This document shows, piece after piece, positions 28,584 through 38,647 of a stretch of DNA of 64,000 bases. The position numbers were made by a program, and so were the translations under genes. Positions within the stretch are counted from its first letter, which is position 1. Each line of letters opens with the position of its first letter. The notes beneath the pieces were generated by a model, which saw only the letters and a program-made list of their open reading frames with translations, had not been told where the DNA came from and did no database searches. Origin of the DNA: Bacteroidales bacterium (GTDB taxonomy: Bacteria; Bacteroidota; Bacteroidia; Bacteroidales; UBA932); NCBI GenBank assembly GCA_023667095.1, contig JAMPAT010000002.1:47097-111096 (forward strand). The letters run 5' to 3'.

Positions 28584-28637
28584 TCAAGTTTTGGCTTAAA
28601 TAAGTTCGATGACTGAAATCAAGTAAACAATTATATC

Positions 28638-30407
28638 ATGAAGAATTTTCTTAAAATGACATTGGCCACGGTCCTTGGCTTCATTATAGTGAGTATCGTG
28701 ATGTCCCTGTTCTCATTTGCAGTGATAGGCTCGCTTGCGGCACTGGGTGACAGCAAGCCGGCAATGCCGAGGGAGGCTGTCCTGAAAATAGACATGTCAG
28801 AAATGGTCATTGCAGAGCAGACAAAGGAAAGCGACCCGTTCAGCTCCATACAGGGCAACAGCACCGGATCAATCGGGATATGGCATGCCATACAGGCCAT
28901 AAACACGGCAGCAGAAGACCCTGCCATAAAGTTCATATATATGAAACCGGACGGTGTCTCAGGCGGAATGGCAGAAATAGAGGAGTTCCGCAATGCCCTG
29001 AAGAAATTCCGTGCCTCAGGGAAGGCAATCGTATCATATACGGAGGCCCCTTCAAACGGTTCGTACTACCTTGCATCGGTATCTGACAAGATCTTCATGT
29101 CCAGCTATAACGGCGGAATGAACATGCTCAACGGCTTCTCATCACAGATAACCTTCCTGAAGGACATCCTTGACAAGCTCGGAGTGAACGTACAGCTTAT
29201 CCGCCATGGCAAATACAAATCCGCAGGCGAGATGTACATCCGCAACACAATCAGCGCAGAGAACAGGACACAGTACCAGGTCCTGCTCAACTCCATCTGG
29301 AAAAGCTTCAGCGATGAGATGGCTGCTGCAAGGGGGCTGGAGACAGAGGAATTCAACTCCCTTGTAAATGACCTCAAACTCAACTCACCAGAGGACTTCC
29401 TTAAATACGGTCTTGTGGATGAACTCCTTACCAATGAAGAGCTTAAGACAAGGCTCTGCGCCCTCTACGGTGTAGACAGGATTGAGGACGCCAAACAGAT
29501 AAGCCTGAAGGACTATGCTTCAATCAAGGTCCTCCCTAACTACAGGGCAAAGGAGAAGATTGCCATAATCTACGCTGACGGAAGCATTATCGACGGTTCG
29601 GAGAAGAAGGATGTCAGCGGAGACAGGTTCGCATCCATCATCGCAGACGTAAGGAAAGACTCAACGGTAAAGGCTGTTGTATTCCGCGTGAACTCGCCTG
29701 GAGGAAGCGTTGTGGCATCAGACAAGATAAAGACAGAAGTTGACCTGCTGAAAGAAGTCAAGCCGGTCATCGCATCATACGGCAACTACGCTGCATCCGG
29801 CGGATACTGGATTTCAAACAACTGCGACAGGATTTTTGCCAATGCAGGTACGCTGACAGGCTCTATCGGGGTATTCAGCATGATTCCTGACTTCAGCGGC
29901 ACCACCAGGAAAGTCGGTGTAAACGTGACAAGCATCAGTTCAAATGCACATGGAGACATGTACAGCTGCATGAGGCCTCTCGACAACGCAGAGCTTGCAT
30001 ATATGCAGGCATCTGTGGACAACATCTACAATACTTTCACATCTATTGTAGCCGAGGGACGGGGGCTTACACAGGAATATGTCGACGGTATTGCCCAGGG
30101 ACGTGTCTGGGCGGGAACCGATGCCCTTGAGATCAGCCTTGTCGATGAAATCGGCGGCATTGAGGAGGCAATACGCTATGCTGCAGGCTCTGTAAGCGAC
30201 AATGTCGACCTTGCGAAATGGCAGATTGTAGAATATCCGAAGCCGCTTACGATGATAGAACAGCTTATGGAGAATTTCGGAGGTGCAAATGCCTCCATAT
30301 TCGCAGGAACTCCATTGGAGTCTGTTGAAAGGGTATTCAGCAAATGGGACGGAAGCAAGGCAGGGCAGGTATATGCAAGAATGCCTTACGAGATAACAAT
30401 ACAGTAG
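28638..30407 (+). CDS. sppA: signal peptide peptidase SppA (67K type, tandem ClpP/crotonase-like S49 domains)
   Basis: 589 aa, N-terminal TM segment, two S49 repeats (second with GNYAASGGYW active-site Ser region). Confidence 0.85.
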   Translation: MKNFLKMTLATVLGFIIVSIVMSLFSFAVIGSLAALGDSKPAMPREAVLKIDMSEMVIAEQTKESDPFSSIQGNSTGSIGIWHAIQAINTAAEDPAIKFIYMKPDGVSGGMAEIEEFRNALKKFRASGKAIVSYTEAPSNGSYYLASVSDKIFMSSYNGGMNMLNGFSSQITFLKDILDKLGVNVQLIRHGKYKSAGEMYIRNTISAENRTQYQVLLNSIWKSFSDEMAAARGLETEEFNSLVNDLKLNSPEDFLKYGLVDELLTNEELKTRLCALYGVDRIEDAKQISLKDYASIKVLPNYRAKEKIAIIYADGSIIDGSEKKDVSGDRFASIIADVRKDSTVKAVVFRVNSPGGSVVASDKIKTEVDLLKEVKPVIASYGNYAASGGYWISNNCDRIFANAGTLTGSIGVFSMIPDFSGTTRKVGVNVTSISSNAHGDMYSCMRPLDNAELAYMQASVDNIYNTFTSIVAEGRGLTQEYVDGIAQGRVWAGTDALEISLVDEIGGIEEAIRYAAGSVSDNVDLAKWQIVEYPKPLTMIEQLMENFGGANASIFAGTPLESVERVFSKWDGSKAGQVYARMPYEITIQ

Positions 30408-30413
30408 AAGATA

Positions 30414-33400
30414 ATGACAAGTAACCGTAGTATTATATATTCCATAATATTGCTATTTGCACTTTATGTCCTGTGCGCGCCAGGCCTGGCCGCACAGGAC
30501 AGTTCCGGTGCAGAGATGACAACAATTTCAGGAAAGGTAATAGACGCTGCAGACGGCTACCCCCTCATCGGTGTCAGTGTAATGACCGACGGTTATGGCG
30601 CAGCGACAGACATAGACGGAAAATTCGAGCTGAAGCTCCCGGCAAGGAAGTGTGAGATAACATTTTCATATATAGGCTATAAGAGCATAGTCAAGGAATT
30701 TACCGTAAAAAATGCCTCATCATTCTCCAGAATTGTCATGGAGGCCAGCACAACGGAGCTGAACGATGTTGTCGTAACCGGCGTCTATGAAAGGAAAAAG
30801 GAAAGTTTCACAGGCTCATCCGCAACATTCAAGGGAGATGAGCTTAAATCAGTAGGCTCGCAGAATGTACTGCAGAGCCTCAAGACACTTGACCCGTCCT
30901 TCAAGATAATGGAGAGCAACCTGTTCGGTTCAAACCCGAACATGATGCCGGACATAGAGATACGCGGCAAGACCAGTGTGATGGGGCTCAAGGAGGAATA
31001 TGGTTCTGACCCGAACCAGCCGCTGTTTATCCTGGACGGATTCGAGACAGACATCGAGACTGTCATGAATCTGAACATGAACCGTGTGGCATCAGTCACT
31101 ATCCTCAAGGATGCGGCATCGACTGCAATCTACGGCTCCAAGGCCTCCAACGGAGTTGTGGTCATCGAGACCAAGGCCCCTGCAAGGGGACGCCTGCAGA
31201 TTTCATATAAGGGAGACTTCGGGCTCTCAATCGCAGACCTGACTGACTACAATCTGATGAATTCATCGGAAAAGCTCCAGTTCGAGACACTTGCAGGTGT
31301 CTACAGGGACAATACCGGAGACCCGTTCAAACAGCTCCAGCTGGACAACCTGAGGAACGAACGTCTGAAAAGCATAAAGATGGGCGTTGACACATACTGG
31401 CTCAGCGAACCTATACGCACAGGCTTCACCAACAAGCACAATGTCTATGTCGAGGGAGGTGAGGAAAAGATACGCTATGGAATAGGCCTGAGCTACGGTG
31501 GAGTCCAGGGAGTCATGAAGGGCTCCGACAGGAGCACAATCGAGGGCAACATTGACCTCATATACAGGACAGGAAAGTTCCAGTTCAGCAACAAGCTTAC
31601 AATCAACAGCCTCAGCACTGCCGACCCTGCGGTTTCCTTCGAGGAATACGCACAGGCGAACCCGTACTACCGGAAATACAGCGCCGGGGGGGGCATTGAA
31701 AAATATCTTTACTATCCTTCTGAGGGCATTGATGACTATCCTGTATCGAATCCTCTCTGGAATGCGCACCTCAACAACTACGACAAGACAGCTGGATTCG
31801 GATTCACCAATAACTTCATCTTTGAATGGTTCATCCTGAAAGAGCTTCGCTTCAGGGCCAAGTTCGGTATAAAGAAGAATGACGAGAACCGGCAGACAAG
31901 GCTTTCACCGGAGCATACACAGTTTGATGATGCAGGTGAAACTGAAAAAGGCCTCTATACGCACGCGCTTACAAAGGATTTCACATACGAAGGCGATGCA
32001 GCCATAACATACGGAAAACTGTTTGCCGGCAAGCACATGGTCAATGTAGTCGGTGGCTTCAATTTCAGCAACCGGAAATACCTTGACTACAGCTATTCCG
32101 CAACTGGATTCACAGAAGACCAGTTCGATGCCCCTTCATTTGCCAACGGCTATCCTGCAGGCAGTGCTCCGGATTACGGAGAGACACACAAGAGGGCAGT
32201 AAGCTTCTACCTGAACGGAGGTTACTCATACGATGAAAGATATCTGATTGACGTAAACTACCGTCTTGACGGCGCGTCAATGTTCGGTGCAGAGAACCGC
32301 TTCAGGAACACATGGTCAGTCGGAGCAGGATGGAACATCCATAAGGAAAAGTTCCTTACTGACAAGACAGACTTCTTCCAGATACTCAAGCTTAGGGCAT
32401 CAGCAGGAAATCCGGGAAACCAGAATTTCTCGGCATACCGCGCATTCTCCACATACAAGTTCAATGGATGGATGACAAACATATTCGGTGCCGGTGTCAT
32501 TGTGAAGAACCTTGGAAACAAAGGTCTTGCATGGCAGGAAACGATTAACTATGACCTTGGTACCGATATCACGTTCTGGGGAAGCCGGATCAACATAACA
32601 TTCGACTATTTCTGGAAAAACACGGACCCTCTGCTTGCAATCATCTCCACAAAAGGCTCGATGGGAGTCAGCACAATTGCGATGAATGCCGGAGGACAGA
32701 ACACAAACGGCTGGGAGGCGACATTCAAGATCTCCCCGATATACCGTCCATCAGAAGGCATCAACTGGAACATAAGCCTGAACGCCACCAGCTCGAAGTC
32801 AAGGTACGTAAACATCGGCAATGCATTCAGTTCATTGAATGACAGCGGAAAGACATCCCTTGCCGGAACGACACGATACTACGATGGAGGAAGCCCTACA
32901 GCAATCTGGGCTGTCCGTTCTGCAGGCATTGACCCGGCTACAGGAAAGGAGCTTTTCATAAAGAAGGACGGCACATATTCATTCACATACGATACAAATG
33001 ACGAGGTTGTTGTCGGAGATACCCAGCCAAAGATAGAGGGAGTGCTCGGCACGACCCTGTATTACAAGGGGTTCTCTGTCGGATGCTATTTCAGGTACAG
33101 GCTTGGAGGGCAGACATTCAACTCCTCTCTGTTCCAGAAAGTGGAGAACATCGGCACAGAGGAGGTCTACAACAACCAGGACAGGAGGGCACTGTATGAC
33201 AGGTGGTCTGCAGACAACAGGGAAGCCTATTTCAAAGGCATCTCGATGGTGCAGAAAACAGACAAGTCATCACGGTTTGTCATGGACGAGAACACCCTGA
33301 CAGGAGAGTCATTCAATGTCGGATATGAGTTCCCGGACCGTATGATAAGGAAGCTGCATATCTCCGCACTGTCACTGCAGATGAGCCTGAATGACATATT

Positions 33401-33485
33401 CCGCGTATCATCTGTACGTATAGAAAGAGGTATCGACTATCCTTTCGCAAGGACCGTCTCATTCTCACTTGGAATAACATTCTAA
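30414..33485 (+). CDS. SusC/RagA-family TonB-dependent transporter
   Basis: 1023 aa; carboxypeptidase-regulatory-like domain, plug domain (VVVTGVYERKKESFTGS), barrel. Starts 6 nt after the sppA stop. Contains an in-frame G8 tract at 31686-31693. Confidence 0.9.
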   Translation: MTSNRSIIYSIILLFALYVLCAPGLAAQDSSGAEMTTISGKVIDAADGYPLIGVSVMTDGYGAATDIDGKFELKLPARKCEITFSYIGYKSIVKEFTVKNASSFSRIVMEASTTELNDVVVTGVYERKKESFTGSSATFKGDELKSVGSQNVLQSLKTLDPSFKIMESNLFGSNPNMMPDIEIRGKTSVMGLKEEYGSDPNQPLFILDGFETDIETVMNLNMNRVASVTILKDAASTAIYGSKASNGVVVIETKAPARGRLQISYKGDFGLSIADLTDYNLMNSSEKLQFETLAGVYRDNTGDPFKQLQLDNLRNERLKSIKMGVDTYWLSEPIRTGFTNKHNVYVEGGEEKIRYGIGLSYGGVQGVMKGSDRSTIEGNIDLIYRTGKFQFSNKLTINSLSTADPAVSFEEYAQANPYYRKYSAGGGIEKYLYYPSEGIDDYPVSNPLWNAHLNNYDKTAGFGFTNNFIFEWFILKELRFRAKFGIKKNDENRQTRLSPEHTQFDDAGETEKGLYTHALTKDFTYEGDAAITYGKLFAGKHMVNVVGGFNFSNRKYLDYSYSATGFTEDQFDAPSFANGYPAGSAPDYGETHKRAVSFYLNGGYSYDERYLIDVNYRLDGASMFGAENRFRNTWSVGAGWNIHKEKFLTDKTDFFQILKLRASAGNPGNQNFSAYRAFSTYKFNGWMTNIFGAGVIVKNLGNKGLAWQETINYDLGTDITFWGSRINITFDYFWKNTDPLLAIISTKGSMGVSTIAMNAGGQNTNGWEATFKISPIYRPSEGINWNISLNATSSKSRYVNIGNAFSSLNDSGKTSLAGTTRYYDGGSPTAIWAVRSAGIDPATGKELFIKKDGTYSFTYDTNDEVVVGDTQPKIEGVLGTTLYYKGFSVGCYFRYRLGGQTFNSSLFQKVENIGTEEVYNNQDRRALYDRWSADNREAYFKGISMVQKTDKSSRFVMDENTLTGESFNVGYEFPDRMIRKLHISALSLQMSLNDIFRVSSVRIERGIDYPFARTVSFSLGITF

Positions 33486-33497
33486 ATTTCAGCTGAT

Positions 33498-34952
33498 ATG
33501 AGAAAGAACACCATATATATTATTATAATGTCCTTTTTGCTGTGCGGTGTCTGCGGATGCGGCAGATGGCTTGACATCAAGCCATACGATGAAATGGCGG
33601 AGGACGATCTGCTGTCTACGGAAAACGGCTTCATCAGGCTTCTCAACGGCATCTATATAGAGCTGAACACAGATGCCCTGTATGGAAGTTCGCTGACTGT
33701 GGAGATGATAGAAATCATGGGAGGTGCCTATGCAATAGGCACGGACAATGCCGTATGGGGGAACTATTACGACCTTTCCGTATACAGATACGGGACAGAC
33801 TACTGGAGGCAGCGTTTCAGCAGCACATGGGACAAGGCATACGCGATGATCCTCAACTGCAATCTCCTGCTGGAGAACATCGACAAGGAAGAGAAGAAAG
33901 GCCTTTTCAGCGGGGATAACCGCAATATAATAAAGGGAGAGGCACTTGCATTGAGGGCAATGCTGCACTTTGACATGCTGAGACTGTTCGGGCCTGTATA
34001 TGCAAACAGCCCTGATGCCATTGCTATCCCATACTACACGGCGTACACCACGGTTCCGGAAGCAATGCTTCCGGCTTCGGAAGCTGCCGGCAAGATAATG
34101 GCCGACCTGAAAAATGCACGTATCCTCCTTTCATCAGACCCTGTAAGGACAGAGGGGACAAGGATGGACGGCCCTTCAGATGGGACATCCAATTTCCTTT
34201 ATTACAGAAATCTACGTCTCAACTACTATGCAGTGACTGCACTCCTTGCACGTGCAAGCCTGTATTTCGGCAACAAGGCAGATGCATTAACATACGCTAC
34301 AGAGGTCATCGGGGCATCTGGCGCAGGCATATTCCCGTTTGTGGACCGTACGCTTGTAACTGGTTCACCTGCCGACCCGGACCGCATATTCTCGTCAGAA
34401 GTCATTTTTGCACTTTCACATGCAAGGAGGAATGAACTTTTCAAGAACTGGTACGACCCGAGCAGGATGCCGAACTATGTATTCCGCATGGACAATGACG
34501 TCTTCTCAAGGATTGTCTACGGAGGTTCACTGACTGGAGGAAGCCTTGACGACTACAGGTGCAGGGCAAACTGGATTGCAAGCGGTTCAAACAGGTATTT
34601 CTACAAATACTCCGACATGGTGGAGACTGGGAATATCCGCAACACCATGGTTCCCCTGATAAGGCTCGGGGAGATGTACCTCATTGCAGCGGAGAGCCAG
34701 TCAGAGAATCTCGGCAACGGCCTGCAATATGTAAACACTCTGCGGAGCAAACGCGGAACAGGCAACCTGCCGTCACTTACACAGGAACTTCTGCAGTATG
34801 AATATATACGCGAGCTATACGGCGAAGGACAGCTGTTCTTCATGTACAAGAGGATGTTCTCCCCTGTCATAAAGTCTGCAAACGGCAACAATCCGCAGCC
34901 AAGCGACGAAATATTTGTAGTACCAACCCCAGATACAGAAACACAGAACTGA
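33498..34952 (+). CDS. SusD/RagB-family outer-membrane lipoprotein
   Basis: Lipobox GVCGC; SusD-like TPR N-terminal region; 484 aa. Confidence 0.85.
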   Translation: MRKNTIYIIIMSFLLCGVCGCGRWLDIKPYDEMAEDDLLSTENGFIRLLNGIYIELNTDALYGSSLTVEMIEIMGGAYAIGTDNAVWGNYYDLSVYRYGTDYWRQRFSSTWDKAYAMILNCNLLLENIDKEEKKGLFSGDNRNIIKGEALALRAMLHFDMLRLFGPVYANSPDAIAIPYYTAYTTVPEAMLPASEAAGKIMADLKNARILLSSDPVRTEGTRMDGPSDGTSNFLYYRNLRLNYYAVTALLARASLYFGNKADALTYATEVIGASGAGIFPFVDRTLVTGSPADPDRIFSSEVIFALSHARRNELFKNWYDPSRMPNYVFRMDNDVFSRIVYGGSLTGGSLDDYRCRANWIASGSNRYFYKYSDMVETGNIRNTMVPLIRLGEMYLIAAESQSENLGNGLQYVNTLRSKRGTGNLPSLTQELLQYEYIRELYGEGQLFFMYKRMFSPVIKSANGNNPQPSDEIFVVPTPDTETQN

Positions 34953-35707
34953 TGAAGAAGACAAGAAAAATATTGTATCTACTGCTTCTGCTGGCCTGCA
35001 TTTCATGTACAGAGGAGCATCCACGCCTGTTCGAGGAAATCAACGGCGTATATTTCAATTTCCGTAGCGGAGGGCTGCAGACAGACAGCACGTCAGTGAC
35101 TTTTGTCTACGAGAACGGTACTGAAATGGAGATTCCTGTCACGGTACAGCTTCTCGGAAGACCGGCATCATACAGCCGCAGCGTCAGCATAGGAGTATTC
35201 TCAGACAATGCAACGGAAGGCATCGACTACATATTGCCGGAAAGCTCAATAATGGAAGAAGGTGCCATAAGCCTTGAATACCGCATCAGATTGCTCAGGA
35301 CAGATGCACTGAAAAACTCAGAAAAGAGCATACGTCTGGAACTGCATGAAAACAATGATTTCACGCTTCCTGTACAGGAGCTTGAGCAGACCTCCGGGAA
35401 AATTTCCATAACTGCATTCCTGATTAAATTCTCCGACAGGTTCACAGCTCCTCCCGCGACATGGAGCACAAGCATCCTCGGCGAATTTTCCCAGCAGAAG
35501 TTCGAGCTTATATGCAAGGCGCTGTCCATTGAACCGGCATCATTCAACAATGCCGATGAGATGACACTTGCCAAGCAGGCATATATTTTCAACGAGATTA
35601 CTGCCTACATCAAGGAAGAGCTTGCAAAGATGGAGGCAGGACAGGACTATGACCACGACATCATAGACAAGACAACAGGACTGCCTGTCGCATTCCCTAC
35701 AGAATAA
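34952..35707 (+). CDS. DUF4843-like lipoprotein
   Basis: Lipobox LACISC; 251 aa; position and size match the conserved SusD-DUF4843-PKD-like-TlpA arrangement of Bacteroidales. Confidence 0.6.
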   Translation: MKKTRKILYLLLLLACISCTEEHPRLFEEINGVYFNFRSGGLQTDSTSVTFVYENGTEMEIPVTVQLLGRPASYSRSVSIGVFSDNATEGIDYILPESSIMEEGAISLEYRIRLLRTDALKNSEKSIRLELHENNDFTLPVQELEQTSGKISITAFLIKFSDRFTAPPATWSTSILGEFSQQKFELICKALSIEPASFNNADEMTLAKQAYIFNEITAYIKEELAKMEAGQDYDHDIIDKTTGLPVAFPTE

Positions 35708-35709
35708 AG

Positions 35710-37269
35710 ATGATGAACAGATATATTTCAATAATGCTTGCCATGTTCCTTGCCGCCTCATGCGCCAGGGATCTCGGCAACTACAAATACCACGGGCTGG
35801 ACACCCCGTCAGTGTCAGGCATAGACACTGACATCAGTGTACTTACACAGGAAAGGCTCCTGATATCACCGTCCATAGAAAACGGGCTTTCACCGGAGCA
35901 ATATGAATATGAGTGGAAGGCTATTGACAAGAATATGGACATGTCAGCTACAGTAATAGGCACAGAACGCGACCTGGACTATATTGTGACACTGGCACCT
36001 GCCGAATACTCTCTCTACTATAAGATTACAGAAAAGGAGACAGGCATATACTGGATGACAGAGGCAAACATGACAGTAAGTTCGTCTATGACAACAGGCT
36101 GGATGGTACTATGCTCCGACTCCGGTGCATCAAGGCTTGACTTCATATCCGATGTCACTGGCCTGACCTATACCGATGTCCTTAAGGACAACAAGGACAT
36201 GCCGAAGTTCAACGGGCCGAGGAAAATACATTGGCAGAATACCATGGCCGATGCAAATTCTCCATACTACCTGTTCACGGACGACGGTGCGACAAGGCTC
36301 GGGAAGGATTCATTCGAATGGGAGAAGGAATACTCCATGATGTACGAAATGGCGACAATGGAGAATGTTGCCCCATATTCAATGGTATCAGCAGGATTCG
36401 GCAGGATGTTCGTAAGCGGGACCGATGCATATTATTGCGAGACAATGGGAATTGCAGGGCTTTTCGGAAGCCCGGTAAACAAAGGCTTCAGGGTTGCTCC
36501 GTATATAGGGGCAAATGTCTCCGGAATCCAGTATGCAGCCGTACATCTGCTGTATGACATGGACAACAGGAGATTCATGGCCTACTGCCCTCTTCTGGCG
36601 AAGAATGACCTTGGTGCACAGGAACCTCTTGCCGGAATGGATGAAATGGGCAAGATTGCAGAAGGGCTGGCAAAGGAAGGTGAAGCAAGTGTCGTCGGGA
36701 CAGCCTTCGACAGATATCCGGAAGGGTATGACCTGATATATATGGAAAACACACTCTATGATCCTGGCAACGGAAAGATGGGAATCACCTATTCAATCCT
36801 TGCAGACGGGGACAGACGCTATGTATATGGAATCCAGCTCGGGGACATGCTGCGTTTTGCAGACTGTACATACGTACTCGGGAAAGCCTGCTATGGGGAC
36901 ATTTCCGGCTGCCAGGGCATCACAGACGGGAATGCAATCTTTGCATTCAGCTCACTTAAAGGCTATATGTACTATGCCATCGGAGACACAGTCTACTGTG
37001 CGGACCTGAATGCCGGCCCGATTCAGTCAACTCCGATGATAAGGCTTGCAGGAGAGAGAATCACGATGCTCAAGTTCAACCTCTACAGGCAGGCATCAAA
37101 CAGTCTGCGCAGCTATGACCTGGTTGTAGGCTCGGAAAAGGAAGGAGCCGGTACACTCAGGATATATGAAGGATATGAATCAGACGGTGACTTCTCCAAT
37201 GTCACCCCTAAGGTCTATAGCGGATTTGCAAGCATTGTGGATGCAACCTATAAAGAACGTATTAATTAA
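35710..37269 (+). CDS. PKD-like family lipoprotein
   Basis: Lipobox LAASC; 519 aa; N-terminal Ig/PKD-like beta-sandwich then a larger domain; paralog of the partial gene at 63175-64000. Confidence 0.6.
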   Translation: MMNRYISIMLAMFLAASCARDLGNYKYHGLDTPSVSGIDTDISVLTQERLLISPSIENGLSPEQYEYEWKAIDKNMDMSATVIGTERDLDYIVTLAPAEYSLYYKITEKETGIYWMTEANMTVSSSMTTGWMVLCSDSGASRLDFISDVTGLTYTDVLKDNKDMPKFNGPRKIHWQNTMADANSPYYLFTDDGATRLGKDSFEWEKEYSMMYEMATMENVAPYSMVSAGFGRMFVSGTDAYYCETMGIAGLFGSPVNKGFRVAPYIGANVSGIQYAAVHLLYDMDNRRFMAYCPLLAKNDLGAQEPLAGMDEMGKIAEGLAKEGEASVVGTAFDRYPEGYDLIYMENTLYDPGNGKMGITYSILADGDRRYVYGIQLGDMLRFADCTYVLGKACYGDISGCQGITDGNAIFAFSSLKGYMYYAIGDTVYCADLNAGPIQSTPMIRLAGERITMLKFNLYRQASNSLRSYDLVVGSEKEGAGTLRIYEGYESDGDFSNVTPKVYSGFASIVDATYKERIN

Positions 37270-37279
37270 ACCACACATA

Positions 37280-38626
37280 ATGAAAAGGTATCTTTTTATA
37301 TTGGCAACGCTCCTCCTTGCGGCCTGCAAGCCGTCCTCACAGGAGATAGAAATAGAGATCGAGGCAAAGAATCCGTCTGAGAAGATGGTGATGCTTGTCT
37401 ATCACAAGACACTCTGTCCTATTGACCTTGACGATTCAGGATACGGGAAATGCACTCTCCACGGGATGGACGCAGTGTATGCAAAGGTATTCTACGGAAT
37501 GGCCAGCAAGAATATCTACCTTGAGAAGGGAGACAGGGTAAAGATTTCCTTCGACGCAAAGGACTTTGCCGGGACATTCACGTTCGACGGGGACAAGGCT
37601 CCAGCTGTCGGATATCTCAACGCTGTCACTCTGGCTGAGTTCCAGCCAGAAAAATTTGCATTGCCGTTCGATGAGTTCCAGACTATGCTCACGGAAATGG
37701 AGAACAATGCAGTCAAGATTCTTGATGCACACGACATGCGGGGTACAGGGAAATTCAGGAAAATGGAAAAAGGCAGGATAAGATATTCATATGCATGCCC
37801 TCTATTGGTATATCCTGTCGGCCATGAGCTGATGACACAGGAGCATTTTGAAACTGACGGAACATATTACGGGACAATACGCAGATATGCAGTCGAGGAC
37901 AATGACCTTGTTGACATTGACCAGTACCGTGAATTCATGTCTGAGGCTGCACACCAGCTCGACATAAACGGACGTGACATCAAGGAAATGTATCCGAAAA
38001 CCGTAGCCAGCATGCGCTATATTGCGGACAACAGCAAGAGCACCAAAGTGAGGGAAAACCTGCTGCACCATATCGCTGCACCATATGTGGAAATCTATGG
38101 TACAGATAACATCCAGGAGCTGTCCAACATCTACACAACATATGTAAAGGACACATCCCTGATTGCTGACTTCAGGCAGAAATGCGACATCTGGGACTAC
38201 ACAAAGCCAGGTAAAAAGGCACCTGAGTTCACTGCCGTTGACATTGAGGGAAATAAGCACCATCTTAGGGAATTCCGCGGCAAATATGTCTATATAGACA
38301 TCTGGGCGACATGGTGCGCACCATGCAGGGCTGAGCTTCCTTACCTCAAGGAACTTGAAGCCAAGTTCAAGGGCAGGAACATCGTATTCCTCGGGCTTTC
38401 AATAGACCAGGACAAGACAAAATGGGAGGAAAAGGTAAAAGGCGGAGAACTCTGCGGAGAGCAGTTCTATCTCGGTCTTGAGAGCGATTTCCAGAAAAGA
38501 TTCAAGATCAACGGAATCCCGCGTTTCATACTTCTTGACATGGAAGGAAAGACAATAAATTCCGACATGACACGCCCATCTTCTGCAGAGACAGTCTCCA
38601 CACTTGAAAATCTGGAGAATATATAA
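37280..38626 (+). CDS. TlpA-family thiol-disulfide oxidoreductase lipoprotein (thioredoxin fold, WCAPC)
   Basis: Start chosen at MKRYLFILATLLLAACK (lipobox LAAC) rather than the track's 37166, which would overlap the upstream gene. C-terminal thioredoxin domain with WATWCAPCRAELP and a conserved cis-Pro region GIPRFILLD. Confidence 0.8.
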   Translation: MKRYLFILATLLLAACKPSSQEIEIEIEAKNPSEKMVMLVYHKTLCPIDLDDSGYGKCTLHGMDAVYAKVFYGMASKNIYLEKGDRVKISFDAKDFAGTFTFDGDKAPAVGYLNAVTLAEFQPEKFALPFDEFQTMLTEMENNAVKILDAHDMRGTGKFRKMEKGRIRYSYACPLLVYPVGHELMTQEHFETDGTYYGTIRRYAVEDNDLVDIDQYREFMSEAAHQLDINGRDIKEMYPKTVASMRYIADNSKSTKVRENLLHHIAAPYVEIYGTDNIQELSNIYTTYVKDTSLIADFRQKCDIWDYTKPGKKAPEFTAVDIEGNKHHLREFRGKYVYIDIWATWCAPCRAELPYLKELEAKFKGRNIVFLGLSIDQDKTKWEEKVKGGELCGEQFYLGLESDFQKRFKINGIPRFILLDMEGKTINSDMTRPSSAETVSTLENLENI

Positions 38627-38647
38627 AACACTTTAAACAATTTAGTT

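Noticed and set aside
37166-37279. Track start for the TlpA gene at 37166 (MKDMNQTV...)
   Set aside because: It would overlap the end of the PKD-like gene by 104 nt and precede the obvious lipoprotein signal MKRYLFILATLLLAAC; the start at 37280 is preferred.
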